DNA of 63,987 nt, filler included, from an uncultured bacterium (lineage in GTDB: Bacteria; CAYJRR01): the NCBI GenBank assembly GCA_964372275.1. It is 3 parts of 3 records of this genome, joined end to end, with 100 filler letters (N's around TTAATTAATTAA, not from the genome) between each part and the next. Parts side by side here need not be neighbours in the genome. Positions count along the whole stretch, not along the records: positions 1 to 28,132 come from CAYJRR010000059.1; positions 28,233 to 55,587 come from CAYJRR010000060.1; 1 more part is not named here. One strand, 5' to 3'. The position numbers and the translations under genes were made by a program. Within the stretch, counting starts at the first letter, position 1; every line of letters starts with the position of its first letter. Below, one piece after another: positions 26,506-36,130 of the stretch. Under the pieces are notes generated by a model. The model worked only from the letters and a program-made list of their open reading frames with translations. It was not told the origin of the DNA and did no database searches.

Positions 26506-27450
26506 CTAGCTCACGATCCCCTGGGTCAGGCGCATGAAGGCGTCCTCCAGGTCGAGGTGTTCTTCCTGGTAGAAGACCAGTCGAAGTCCGTTTCCGATCA
26601 CCGCCGCCGGGATCGCCGACGGATCGGCGCCGGCGTCCAGACGGGCGCGCAGCCGGCCCGGGCGTTCCGCGTCGTCCTCGACCGCGAGCACGCCGGGGAC
26701 CGCCGCCACCACCGGGCGCGCGGCGTCGATGGCGTTCCCGGTCGACCCGGCCACCTCGATCTTGACCCACCGCTCGGCCTGCGCCGTGGCGATCACGTCG
26801 TCGACGCTGCCGCAAGCGACGAGCTTCCCCTTTTCCAGGATCCCGACCTTGGTGCACATGTCGGCGAGCTCGGGAAGGATGTGGCTGGAGACGAGCACCG
26901 TCTTCCCCATCCGCCGGAGCTCCTTGACGATCTCCCGGAACTCGACGCGCGCGCGCGGATCGAGGCCGGAGGCCGGCTCGTCGAGGAGCAGCACCTGCGG
27001 ATCGTGCAGCAGCACCCGCGCGAGCGACAGGCGCTGCTGCATCCCGCGCGACAGGGCGTCGATCTGGGTGTGCGATTTCTCCCCCAGGTCGACGAGCTGC
27101 AGCACGTCGGTGATCACCTTCCGTCGCGCCGCCCCCTTGATCTTGTAGGCGGCGGCGAAGAACTCGAGGTATTCGCGGACGGTGAGGTCGTCGTAGAGAC
27201 CGAAGAAGTCGGGCATGTAGCCCATCGCCCTCCGGATCTCGCGCACCTTCAGGTCGACCGGATAACCGCAGACGCGCGCGATCCCGGAGGTCGGCCGCAG
27301 GAGCGTGGCGAGGATCTTGATCGTCGTCGACTTCCCGGCGCCGTTCGGACCGATGAAGCCGAAGACGTCCCCCTGGTCGATCTTCAGGTTCAGTTCGGCC
27401 AGCGCCAGCCGATCGCGGTACCGCTTGGTGAGTCCCACCGTCTCGATCAC
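26506..27450 (-). CDS. ABC transporter ATP-binding protein
   Basis: GPNGAGKST, LSRGMQQR, LLDEP, SSH. Confidence 0.95.
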   Translation of the reverse strand: MIETVGLTKRYRDRLALAELNLKIDQGDVFGFIGPNGAGKSTTIKILATLLRPTSGIARVCGYPVDLKVREIRRAMGYMPDFFGLYDDLTVREYLEFFAAAYKIKGAARRKVITDVLQLVDLGEKSHTQIDALSRGMQQRLSLARVLLHDPQVLLLDEPASGLDPRARVEFREIVKELRRMGKTVLVSSHILPELADMCTKVGILEKGKLVACGSVDDVIATAQAERWVKIEVAGSTGNAIDAARPVVAAVPGVLAVEDDAERPGRLRARLDAGADPSAIPAAVIGNGLRLVFYQEEHLDLEDAFMRLTQGIVS

Positions 27451-28132
27451 TTCAGCACCCCCTGCCGCCAGACCACGACCCCCTCCCGCGCCACGCCTTC
27501 GCCGCGCACCGCGATCGGCACCTCCCCGGCGGGCGTCACGGCGATCACCATCGGCTCTCCGCGTCGCTCGCGCGGGCGTTCCAGCCCCTCCCGCCGGCGG
27601 GTGGGGCGCACCGCCTGGTAGCTCGGCGTCTCGGCGTCGCCGTGCGGAGGGTCGGTGCCGAAGGCGATCACCTGTGCCAGCCGCCGCGGGTCCTTCAGCC
27701 GCGCCGCCTGGCCCCAGACCTGTCCACCGGCCGGCACCTCGAGCAGGGCGACCCCCGCTCCGTCCCGGCGAATCCGCACCGAACCGCCCGGCGCGAGCGG
27801 ACCGCCGTCGATCAGTCGATCACCGACGAGGAGCCCGACGTAGTCGATCGCCCCGCCCGACGCGTTGGTCACGCGGAACGCGCCGTCGTTCTCGATCTCC
27901 GCCAGGATCGGCGTCGGTTCGACCGCCTGGCCCACCAGCTCCACTCCGGCCATCGACCAGACCGGGATCGGCACCGAGAGGGTCGGTCGCTTGCCGATCG
28001 TCAGCCGCGTCCCGGCTTCGGCGCCGCCGGCGCTGGAGAAGAGCCCCTGCTCGCGGAACGATCCGGCGAGCCAGTCGCCCCCCTCGATCTCCACGTCGTA
28101 CGAGCCGGCGCGCGGCGAGTAGACCCCGCCGA
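27447..28132 (-). CDS. Hypothetical protein, 5'-truncated at the contig end
   Basis: Frame open up to the gap; stop overlaps the ABC ATPase start. Confidence 0.6.
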
Positions 28133-28232
28133 NNNNNNNNNNNNNNNNNNNNNNNNNNNNNNNNNNNNNNNNNNNNTTAATTAATTAANNNNNNNNNNNN
28201 NNNNNNNNNNNNNNNNNNNNNNNNNNNNNNNN
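28133..28232. other. Artificial contig-joining linker (N-run with TTAATTAATTAA)
   Basis: Exactly 100 nt with a central all-frame stop motif. Confidence 0.97.
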
Positions 28233-28919
28233 AACTCGACTCGAAAGCTCGTCCTGCAGGGAGCGGACGGGATCGTCTTCGTCGCCAACTCGCTGGGGAG
28301 CGCATCGCGCGACAATCTTCGCTCGCTCGCCGAGTTGGAGGATTCGCTGCGGGGGTTGGGTCGCTCGCTGGTGAAGGTGCCGATCGTCTTCCAGTGGATG
28401 AACCAGCGAAGCATCGGCTCGATCCCGTCCGACGAGCTCTACGCCAAGCTCAACCGGGTCGGCGCCCCGAGCTTCCCCGTCACCACCGAGGATCCGTCGC
28501 CGATGCTGAAGAGCTTCGCGATGATCTCGAAGATGACGGTCAAGGCGGTGCGGGAGGAGCTCGAGGCCGGGAGGCTCTCCGAGTACGTCCCCTACGACTA
28601 CCCGGCCGTCGCCCGCTCCGGCGGCGGCGCCGATCCGCTTTCCGAGCTGACCCGCGACCTGGCCCGGGAGGAGGAACGCCCCACCGCCTCGCGCAGCGTG
28701 CTCGTGGACGACGAGCTCGACGAGCTGCTCGGCGCCGGAGGTGCGGCGCGCACCACGGCGATCAAGGCGGTCCCCCCCGCGCGGCTGGGCGGCGCGAAGA
28801 TCGTCGGCGGGGGACAGCCGACGCTCGCGGCGGACGGATCGCTGGAGATCCCGCTGCGGGTCCGGATGCCGTCGGGGGAAGAGCTTTCGCTCACGGTTGC
28901 CGTCCGCCTCGAGCGGTAG
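28233..28919 (+). CDS. MglA/SofG-like small GTPase-family protein (5'-truncated), degenerate G4, C-terminal extension
   Basis: NSTRKLVLQGADGIVFVANS...VPIVFQWMNQRS resembles MglA SRKLILKGVDGVVFVADS...IPYVIQYNKRD. Confidence 0.7.
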   Translation, partial: NSTRKLVLQGADGIVFVANSLGSASRDNLRSLAELEDSLRGLGRSLVKVPIVFQWMNQRSIGSIPSDELYAKLNRVGAPSFPVTTEDPSPMLKSFAMISKMTVKAVREELEAGRLSEYVPYDYPAVARSGGGADPLSELTRDLAREEERPTASRSVLVDDELDELLGAGGAARTTAIKAVPPARLGGAKIVGGGQPTLAADGSLEIPLRVRMPSGEELSLTVAVRLER

Positions 28920-28964
28920 CCGATCGATCGGAACCGATCGGATCCGTTCGGTTCGGTTCCTTCC

Positions 28965-30167
28965 TTACTCGTCCTCGGCCTCGCCGCGGCTGGGTTCCTT
29001 TTTCTGCTGCACCTTCGCCATCCCCATCGCGATCTGCAGCGCCTTGCTCACCTTCTCCAGCCGGCTCTCGGAGGCGCGCAGACGTCGAAACGCCTTGACG
29101 ACGCGCTCCTCCATCTTCGCCTTCTCGTCCTCCAGGCGGGCGATGGCGCGGCGCATCTCCTCGACCTCCGAGCCCCCCTTCGACCCCCTCCGCGCCTCCT
29201 CCTTGAGCGCCGCGAGCTTCGGCTCGTAGTACCCCTTTAGCGCGTCCAGCTCCTTCTGGTGCTTCTTCTCCACCGCGGCCAGCTGCGCCGCCAGCTCCTC
29301 GCGCTCCCGGTTGGCGGTCGCGGCGACCCGTTCCTGCGCCTCGATCCGTTCCTTGAGCTTCTCCATCGCCGCCCGGCGCCGTCCCATCTCGTCGTCGGAC
29401 TCCTTGCCGCCGGACCCGCCGCCGGAGGCGGTGCGCGACTCGAGGGCCTGGAGGTTCTGCTTGAGCTGGGCGATCACCTTCTTTTTGGCCTCGAGCTCCC
29501 GGCGGGCCTCGTCGCGTGCGATCGTCGTCGCTTCGAGGGCCTCTTTCAGCTTCTCGGTGCCGCCCCCGCCGACCGCCCGGGCGGCGGCGAGCTCCCCCTC
29601 CATCTCGCTCACCCGCGCCGAGAGGCGATCGCGCTCCGACCGAATCTCGTTCACCTGGGCGGCGAGGCGGTCGCGTTCCCCTTGCAGCCGTTCGGACTTC
29701 GCGACCAGCTCGTCGTTCCGTTGTCCCAGCGCCTCGAACGACGCCGCGTCGATCGTCGGCTCGGCGAACCGCTCCGGCGGGAGCGAAGGAAGCCCGATCA
29801 GCTCCTCGACGTCGTCCAGCAGGTCGTCGAAGGCGAGCGGCACCTTCCGGTAGGCCTGCGCCGGAGTTTGCGTCTTGCGATCGGCGTCGAAGTCGGCTTC
29901 GGTCGACGAGGAGGAGAGGATCACCATCGGCACCCCCCGTAGGCGGTCCTCCTGGCGGAAGCTCTTGGCGGCCTTGTAGCCGTTGGCTCCGTTCAGTTCG
30001 ACGCGCACCACGATCAGGTCGGGGGGGGAGCCCAACGCTTTGGCGAGGCCGTCCGCGACGTCGGCCGTCTCGGCGACGCGGTACCCGAAGTCGCGAAAGC
30101 CCTCGGCCCACTCCCGCGACAGCCTCGGGTCGGACTCGAGAAGCAGGATCTTCTTGTCGTCGGCCAC
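28965..30167 (-). CDS. Pseudo-receiver plus coiled-coil protein (AglZ/FrzS-like)
   Basis: KKILLLESD...PDLIVVRVEL (no phospho-Asp), then a long heptad coiled coil. Confidence 0.75.
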   Translation of the reverse strand: MADDKKILLLESDPRLSREWAEGFRDFGYRVAETADVADGLAKALGSPPDLIVVRVELNGANGYKAAKSFRQEDRLRGVPMVILSSSSTEADFDADRKTQTPAQAYRKVPLAFDDLLDDVEELIGLPSLPPERFAEPTIDAASFEALGQRNDELVAKSERLQGERDRLAAQVNEIRSERDRLSARVSEMEGELAAARAVGGGGTEKLKEALEATTIARDEARRELEAKKKVIAQLKQNLQALESRTASGGGSGGKESDDEMGRRRAAMEKLKERIEAQERVAATANREREELAAQLAAVEKKHQKELDALKGYYEPKLAALKEEARRGSKGGSEVEEMRRAIARLEDEKAKMEERVVKAFRRLRASESRLEKVSKALQIAMGMAKVQQKKEPSRGEAEDE

Positions 30168-30181
30168 GCGTCTTGGAAGGT

Positions 30182-31297
30182 CTACGCGGCGACGCGGGTC
30201 ACCGGCGTGTAGGGGAGGCCGAGGCTTTCCGCCACCGCCGAATGGGTGACGCTGCCCTTCATCACGTTGACCCCCTTGGCCAGCGCCGGGTCGCCGGCGA
30301 CCGCCTGCTTCACCCCCTGGTTGGCGATCCGCAGGGCGTAGGGGAGGGTGACGTTGGTCAAGGCGAAGGTCGAGGTCCGGCTCACCGCGCCCGGCATGTT
30401 CGCCACGCAGTAGTGGATCACCCCGTCGACGACGTAGGTGGGGTGGCTGTGGGTGGTGGGCCGCGTCGTCTCCACGCACCCCCCCTGGTCGACCGCCACG
30501 TCGACGATCACCGACCCCTCCTTCATCTCCTTCAGCATCTCCCGGGTGATCAGCTTCGGCGCCTTGGCGCCGGGCACCAGGATCGCCCCCACCACCAGGT
30601 CGGCGCCGCGGAGCTGCTGCATCAGGACGTAGCGGTTCGAGTGGAGCGTCTTGATCCGCCCGCCGAACAGGTCGTCGACGTAGCGCAGCCGGTCGAGCGA
30701 CAGGTCGAGGATCGTGACGTCGGCCCCCATCCCCAGCGCCACCTTCGCGGCGTTCCGGCCCACGATCCCGCAGCCGACGATCACCACCCGTCCCTGCTCG
30801 ACCCCCGGCACGCCGCCCAGTAGCACGCCGCGCCCGCCGGAACCCTTCTCCAGCGCGCGCGCCCCGCATTGGATCGACATCCGGCCTGCGATCTCGCTCA
30901 TCGGCGTGAGCAACGGCAGGCTGTTGTCGGCGAGCTGGATCGTCTCGTAGGCGATGCCGCAGACCTTCCGCTCGAGCAGCCCCTTGGTCAGCTCCGGATC
31001 GGGGGCCAGGTGCAGGTAGGTGAAGAGGATCTGCCCCTCCTGCAAGAGCGGGATCTCCTCCGCCTGCGGCTCCTTGACCTTGATCACCATCTCCGCGCGG
31101 CGGAAGACGTCCTCGCGATGGGGGGCGATCTCCGCCCCGGCGGAGCGAAGCTCGTCGTCGGCGATGCCGCTGCCGAGCCCGGCGCCGGTCTCGACCAACA
31201 CCCGGTGACCCGCCTCGGTCAGGGCTTTCACCCCGGACGGCACGATCCCCACCCGGTATTCGTGGTCCTTGATCTCCTTGGGCACGCCGATCAGCAT
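30182..31297 (-). CDS. ald: Alanine dehydrogenase
   Basis: [43 protein letters not shown]. Confidence 0.97.
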   Translation of the reverse strand: MLIGVPKEIKDHEYRVGIVPSGVKALTEAGHRVLVETGAGLGSGIADDELRSAGAEIAPHREDVFRRAEMVIKVKEPQAEEIPLLQEGQILFTYLHLAPDPELTKGLLERKVCGIAYETIQLADNSLPLLTPMSEIAGRMSIQCGARALEKGSGGRGVLLGGVPGVEQGRVVIVGCGIVGRNAAKVALGMGADVTILDLSLDRLRYVDDLFGGRIKTLHSNRYVLMQQLRGADLVVGAILVPGAKAPKLITREMLKEMKEGSVIVDVAVDQGGCVETTRPTTHSHPTYVVDGVIHYCVANMPGAVSRTSTFALTNVTLPYALRIANQGVKQAVAGDPALAKGVNVMKGSVTHSAVAESLGLPYTPVTRVAA

Positions 31298-31312
31298 GGC
31301 GCGCGGAGCATA

Positions 31313-33616
31313 CTACGGAATCCCGCCGACCGCGGTCACGAACCAGGGTCCGGCACCCGTCGCCACGGCCGTCCCGATCGAGTCCAGTCCACCACTGACC
31401 GCATCGATGGAGAAGAGGGAAAGGGTGCTGGCGTTCAAGTTCGCGACGTAGGCGAAACGGCCCGTCGGATCGATCGCGACCGAGGCGGCACCGTCCCCCG
31501 CCGTTTCGGTGTCGACCTGCGTGGGCGCTCCGGAAAACGGGTCGATCGAGAGGATCGTCACCCGGTCGAGGTCGTAGCTGGCGACGTAGACGAACCGGCC
31601 TCCGGGGTCGACGGCCAGGCCCAGGTTCCGCTGTCCGACCGCGAGGGTGTTCCCCCGGGTCAGCGCCCCGGTCGCCGCGTCGATCGCGTAGTAGGAAACG
31701 CTGTTGCCGAAATCGTTCGCGACGTAGGCGAAGCGGCCGGACGGGTCGAGCGCGATCTGGTGCGGATTGACGCCCGACCCCACGGTGGAGATCGGCGAGA
31801 GCGCACCCGTCTCCGGATGGACGGAGTAGGCCGAGACGCTGTTCGAACCGTAGTTGGTGACGTAGGCGAACTTCCCGCTCGGGTGGACGGCCGTTCCGCA
31901 GGGGGACGATCCGGTCGCCACCGCCGTCCCGGGCGAGAGCTGGCCGGTGACGCGGTCGATCGCGTACGGCTGGACGGACGCGCCGCCGGTGTTCGGACTG
32001 AAGAGGAATCGTCCGGCCGGATCGAACGACACGAAACGCGGATTCGCCCCGGCGGCGGCGGTCGATTGCGGCGTGAGGATCCCCGAGACGCGGTCGACGG
32101 CGTAGACGGAGAGATTGGCGGAACTGTAGTTCGACGCGTAGGCGAATCGCCCGGTCGGATCGACCTGTACCGAGATCGGGTTCGAGCCGGTGGCGAAGGA
32201 GGTCACGGCCGTGAGCGCTCCGGTCGTCGCGTTCACCGCGAAGAGCGTCGCAGAATTGGAGTTGAAATTGGCGGAGTAGACGAACTTGGGCCCGATCCCC
32301 TTGAGCTCCTCCCCGCGGCCGAACGCCGTCGCGGAGGGGCCGAAGACGCCGAGGAGGTCCCGAGTCGGCGTCAGGGCACCCGCGGACGGATCGACGGCGA
32401 AGATCGACACGCGATCGTCCTCGGAGACGGGGACGTACGCCAGACGGCCGGAGGCGTCGAACGTGATGCCGGTCGGACCGGAGCCGGTGTCGATCGTTCC
32501 CGCGGCGGTCAGGCCTCCGTCGTCCGGATCGATCTGGAAGACCGAGAGATTGTCCGACCCGCCGTTCACGACGTAGGCGAATCGACCCGCGGGATCGATC
32601 GTCACGAAGATCGGCGCGGCGCCGGCGGCGACGGTGCCCCGGCGGTGGAGTCGGCCGGTCGACGGGTCGATGGCGTACGCGGTCACGTCGTTGGAGCGTT
32701 GATTCGCGACCAGCGCGAAGCGGCCCGACCGGTCGACGGCGACCGACCGGGGGCCCGAGCCGGCGGTGACGACGATCCCCGCGTCGAGCTCGCCGCTCTC
32801 GGGATCGACCGAGAACGTCGAGACGTCCTCCGAGTCGTCGTTGGTGACGTAGGCGAATCGGCCGTCCGGGGTGAAGGCGATCGACGTCGGCGCGCTGCCG
32901 GTGGCGGCGCTCCCGGCGGGAGTCAGCAGACCGGTGTCGGCGTCGACGGCGAGAACGGTGACCGTGTCGCCGCCGCGGTTCACGACGTAGGCGAAGCGGC
33001 CCGACGGATGGAGGACGAGGTGCGCCGGTCCGAGGCCGGCATTCGCCGGCAGGCCCGGGTCGAGCCGGCCGGTCTCCGCGTCGATTCCGTACACCGAGAC
33101 GTCGTTCGACAGCGCATTCGCCACGTAGACGAACCGACCCGCGGAGTCGACGGCCATCGAGGCCGGGCCGGCCCCGGTCGGCGCGCGGTCGGCGATGCGG
33201 ACGGCGCCGTCGGCGGGGGGGACGAGATGGGAGGTGATCGTCCCGATCTCGGCATTGACCACGAAGGCGAAGACCGACGGCTTCACGACCTCCAGAACCG
33301 CGTTCCCCGTCACCCCTTCGAAACGGGCGCCGATCGCCGCCGTCCCCCTTGCGAGCAGGGTCGCCGATCCGTCGGTTCCGACGGTCGCGATCAGCGGATC
33401 GGACGAGGTCCATTCGGCGGCGGCGGTCACGTCGACCTCGGTACCGTCGGCAAAGACCGCGATGGCCACGAACGACGGCGTTTCGCCGAGCAGGGCGATC
33501 GCGGGGGACGGCGTCACCCGGATCGACTGCACGCGGTCGAACCGTGCCTGGGTGGAGCAGCCGAGGGTCAGCGCGACGACCGCGCCGCGGCGGAGCGCTC
33601 GCCCAGGGCGCGGCAC
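31313..33616 (-). CDS. Lipoprotein with Big_2 Ig domain and two lactonase-type (Pgl/YncE-like) beta-propellers
   Basis: Lipobox LTLGC; WTSSDP.IATV; about 14 repeats of DP.GRFAYVAN...VSVY.ID..TG.L. Confidence 0.85.
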   Translation of the reverse strand: MPRPGRALRRGAVVALTLGCSTQARFDRVQSIRVTPSPAIALLGETPSFVAIAVFADGTEVDVTAAAEWTSSDPLIATVGTDGSATLLARGTAAIGARFEGVTGNAVLEVVKPSVFAFVVNAEIGTITSHLVPPADGAVRIADRAPTGAGPASMAVDSAGRFVYVANALSNDVSVYGIDAETGRLDPGLPANAGLGPAHLVLHPSGRFAYVVNRGGDTVTVLAVDADTGLLTPAGSAATGSAPTSIAFTPDGRFAYVTNDDSEDVSTFSVDPESGELDAGIVVTAGSGPRSVAVDRSGRFALVANQRSNDVTAYAIDPSTGRLHRRGTVAAGAAPIFVTIDPAGRFAYVVNGGSDNLSVFQIDPDDGGLTAAGTIDTGSGPTGITFDASGRLAYVPVSEDDRVSIFAVDPSAGALTPTRDLLGVFGPSATAFGRGEELKGIGPKFVYSANFNSNSATLFAVNATTGALTAVTSFATGSNPISVQVDPTGRFAYASNYSSANLSVYAVDRVSGILTPQSTAAAGANPRFVSFDPAGRFLFSPNTGGASVQPYAIDRVTGQLSPGTAVATGSSPCGTAVHPSGKFAYVTNYGSNSVSAYSVHPETGALSPISTVGSGVNPHQIALDPSGRFAYVANDFGNSVSYYAIDAATGALTRGNTLAVGQRNLGLAVDPGGRFVYVASYDLDRVTILSIDPFSGAPTQVDTETAGDGAASVAIDPTGRFAYVANLNASTLSLFSIDAVSGGLDSIGTAVATGAGPWFVTAVGGIP

Positions 33617-33617
33617 G

Positions 33618-35966
33618 TCAGGGCGCTCCGTTCAGGAGGACGATCCCCCAGGGACCGTCCCCGGAGGCGAATCCGCCGCTCGACGACAGCTCGCCTTCCT
33701 CCGGGTCGATCTGGAAGAGCGAGATGCTGTCCACCCCCCAGTTCGCGGCGTAGACGAAGCGGCTCGTGGGATCGACCGCGACGGAGATCGTGACGTCGCC
33801 GGCGGTGGTCGGGGCCTTGGCCGTCGGTACGCCGGTCGCCGGGTCGATCGAGTAGACCCAGACGTTGTCGGAGAGGTAGTTGGCGACGTAGGCGAAACGC
33901 GAGCCCGGGTCGAAGCCGATCGCGATCGGATACGTTCCGGCGGGAACGGCCGCACCCATCGACGTCAGGCCGCCCGTCGCCAGATTGACGGTGTAGCCGG
34001 AGATGCTGTTCCCACCGGCGTTGGCGGCGTAGAGGAAACGTCCGGACGGTTCGACGGCGACGTAGTGCGGATTGGCGCCGGTGGCCACGGTCGCCGGGTT
34101 CGCGGCGGTCAGCGCCCCGGTGGCGCGGTTCAGGTTGAAGACGCTCAGCGTGTTGGAGCAGTAGTTCGCCACGTAGGCGAACTTTCCGTTGGGGTGAACG
34201 GCGACCGAGACCGGCCACCGCTGCACCGCGACGGCCGTTCCGGCGGTCAACGCGCCGCTCGTCGGGTCGACCGAATAGACCGAAACGGTGCCGTTGGCCG
34301 CGGTTCCGCAATTGGGCGGACTGTTCGGCGTCATGTTCGGAGCGTAGACGAACCGTCCCGACGGATCGCCGGTCATGAGGCGTGGCTGGACACCGGCGGC
34401 GACCGCCGTGCCGGCCGTCAGCGCGCCGCTCGACGCGTCGATCCGAAAGACACCGACGCTGTTCGCCGACGTGTTCGCGGTGTAGAGAAAGCGCCCGGTC
34501 GGATCGACGAAGGCGGAGTTCGGATTCGCGCCGGTGGGGGTCGTATCCAGGACCGACAGCGTCCCGTTGGTGGCGTTGACGGCGAAACGTCCGAGATTGC
34601 TCACGTTGGAGTTGACGGTGTACGCGACGCGCGTGCGGAAGCGCTTCGCCGAGGGGCCGCTCGCCAGACCGAAGTCGAGCGGCGCGTAGAGCGCGAGGGT
34701 CGTGGCGACGGCGGTGAGCGACCCGGAATCGGGATCGACGGTGTAGGTCTGGACGCTCTCGGCCGCGTCCGACGTGACGAAGACGGTCGTTCCCGTCGCG
34801 TCGACGGCGATCGCCGCCGGTCCGTCAGGCGCCGGCGCCGAGCCGACCGCCGTCAGCAGCCCCGACGCGCCGTCCACGCGGAAGACCGAGACGACGTCCG
34901 TGCCGTGGTTCGCGACGAAGAGGTACCGGCCGTTGGGCTCGAGGGCGGCGGCGAACGGGGCGGTCCCGGTCACGACCGTCGCGATCGCCGTGAGCGAACC
35001 GTCGTCGTCGTCGATGGCGTAGACGGTCAGGTCGTTCGAGTCGCGGTTGGCCACGTAGGCGAACCGGCCGGTCGGATCGATCGCGATCGAGCGGGGGCCG
35101 TCCCCCGCCTGGAACGTCGTGCCGCCGGTCAGGGTCCCCAGCGCGTCGACGGCGTACACCGAGACGTTGTCGGAGGCTTCGTTGACGACGAAGGCGAACG
35201 ATCCGGTCGGGTCGAGGGCCATGGCGGCGGGTCCGTCGCCGGCGCCGACCGTCGCAAGCGTTGTCAGGGTCCCGTTGCTGCCGGCGATGGCGTAGACGGT
35301 GACGTTGTCGGAGCCGTTGTTGGCGGCGTAGAGGTGCGTCCCTTCCGGATGGATCGCCAGCGCGAACGGGTTGGTGCCCGAGCCGACGGCCGTCCCCGCC
35401 GTTGGCTTGCCGGTCGCCAGATCGATCGAATAGACGGAGACGTTGTTCGAGAGCGAGTTCGCGGCATAGACGTAGCGGCCGGCCGGATCGACGGCGATCG
35501 ACCGCGGGCCGGAGCCGGCGGCGACGAAGCCGCGGTAGTGCATGCGGTTGGTAGCGCTGTCGAGCAGGTACCAGGAGAGGGTGTTGTTGCTCGAGTTCGC
35601 CGCGTATCCGAAGACCGACGGGCGGATCGCCTGGATGTCGGTCGTCCCCGACACGCCCGAGAGGCTCGCGCTCACGGTGCACTGTCCAGCCGCGAAGACG
35701 ACCGCGGTGCCGTCGGTACCGATCGTGGCGATCGCCGGTTCGGACGAGGACCAGACGACCGAATCGGAGACGTCGATCGACGTGCCGTCCGAATAGCGCC
35801 CGATGGCCCGGAAGCGTTTGGACCCGCCGATGGCCACCTTGGGATCGGACGGTTCGATCTCGATCGAGCGGATCCTGTCGAACGAGACGCTCGTCGAACA
35901 GGCGACGGCCAGGGCCACGACCAAAAGGGCCGCGACGAGGGGGCGTGGGAGTCCCCGAAGGAGCAC
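33618..35966 (-). CDS. Paralogous lipoprotein with Big_2 domain and two lactonase-type beta-propellers (start approximate)
   Basis: Lipobox LAVAC; same architecture and blade repeats as the adjacent gene. Confidence 0.85.
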   Translation of the reverse strand: MLLRGLPRPLVAALLVVALAVACSTSVSFDRIRSIEIEPSDPKVAIGGSKRFRAIGRYSDGTSIDVSDSVVWSSSEPAIATIGTDGTAVVFAAGQCTVSASLSGVSGTTDIQAIRPSVFGYAANSSNNTLSWYLLDSATNRMHYRGFVAAGSGPRSIAVDPAGRYVYAANSLSNNVSVYSIDLATGKPTAGTAVGSGTNPFALAIHPEGTHLYAANNGSDNVTVYAIAGSNGTLTTLATVGAGDGPAAMALDPTGSFAFVVNEASDNVSVYAVDALGTLTGGTTFQAGDGPRSIAIDPTGRFAYVANRDSNDLTVYAIDDDDGSLTAIATVVTGTAPFAAALEPNGRYLFVANHGTDVVSVFRVDGASGLLTAVGSAPAPDGPAAIAVDATGTTVFVTSDAAESVQTYTVDPDSGSLTAVATTLALYAPLDFGLASGPSAKRFRTRVAYTVNSNVSNLGRFAVNATNGTLSVLDTTPTGANPNSAFVDPTGRFLYTANTSANSVGVFRIDASSGALTAGTAVAAGVQPRLMTGDPSGRFVYAPNMTPNSPPNCGTAANGTVSVYSVDPTSGALTAGTAVAVQRWPVSVAVHPNGKFAYVANYCSNTLSVFNLNRATGALTAANPATVATGANPHYVAVEPSGRFLYAANAGGNSISGYTVNLATGGLTSMGAAVPAGTYPIAIGFDPGSRFAYVANYLSDNVWVYSIDPATGVPTAKAPTTAGDVTISVAVDPTSRFVYAANWGVDSISLFQIDPEEGELSSSGGFASGDGPWGIVLLNGAP

Positions 35967-36130
35967 GAAGCGCGGAACCTCTCGGAGCGCCGTCTTCACC
36001 CAACCTGTAAGTGTACGCCTCGGCGCTGAAAATAAGAATTCGCCGAGGTGGCCGCTCCGGTGCCGGAGTTCGGTGCGCACGCGATTCCCGCCCCTTGCGC
36101 CGGGCCGCCGGCGACGATTCGTTGCCGCCG

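Noticed and set aside
28133-28232. TTAATTAATTAA palindrome within the N-run (also 55632-55643)
   Set aside because: Artificial contig linker; adjacency across it is not biological
31313-35800. Regularly spaced GACGTAGGCGAA-like repeats resembling an array
   Set aside because: These are codons for FAYV propeller blades; not CRISPR, and there are no cas genes
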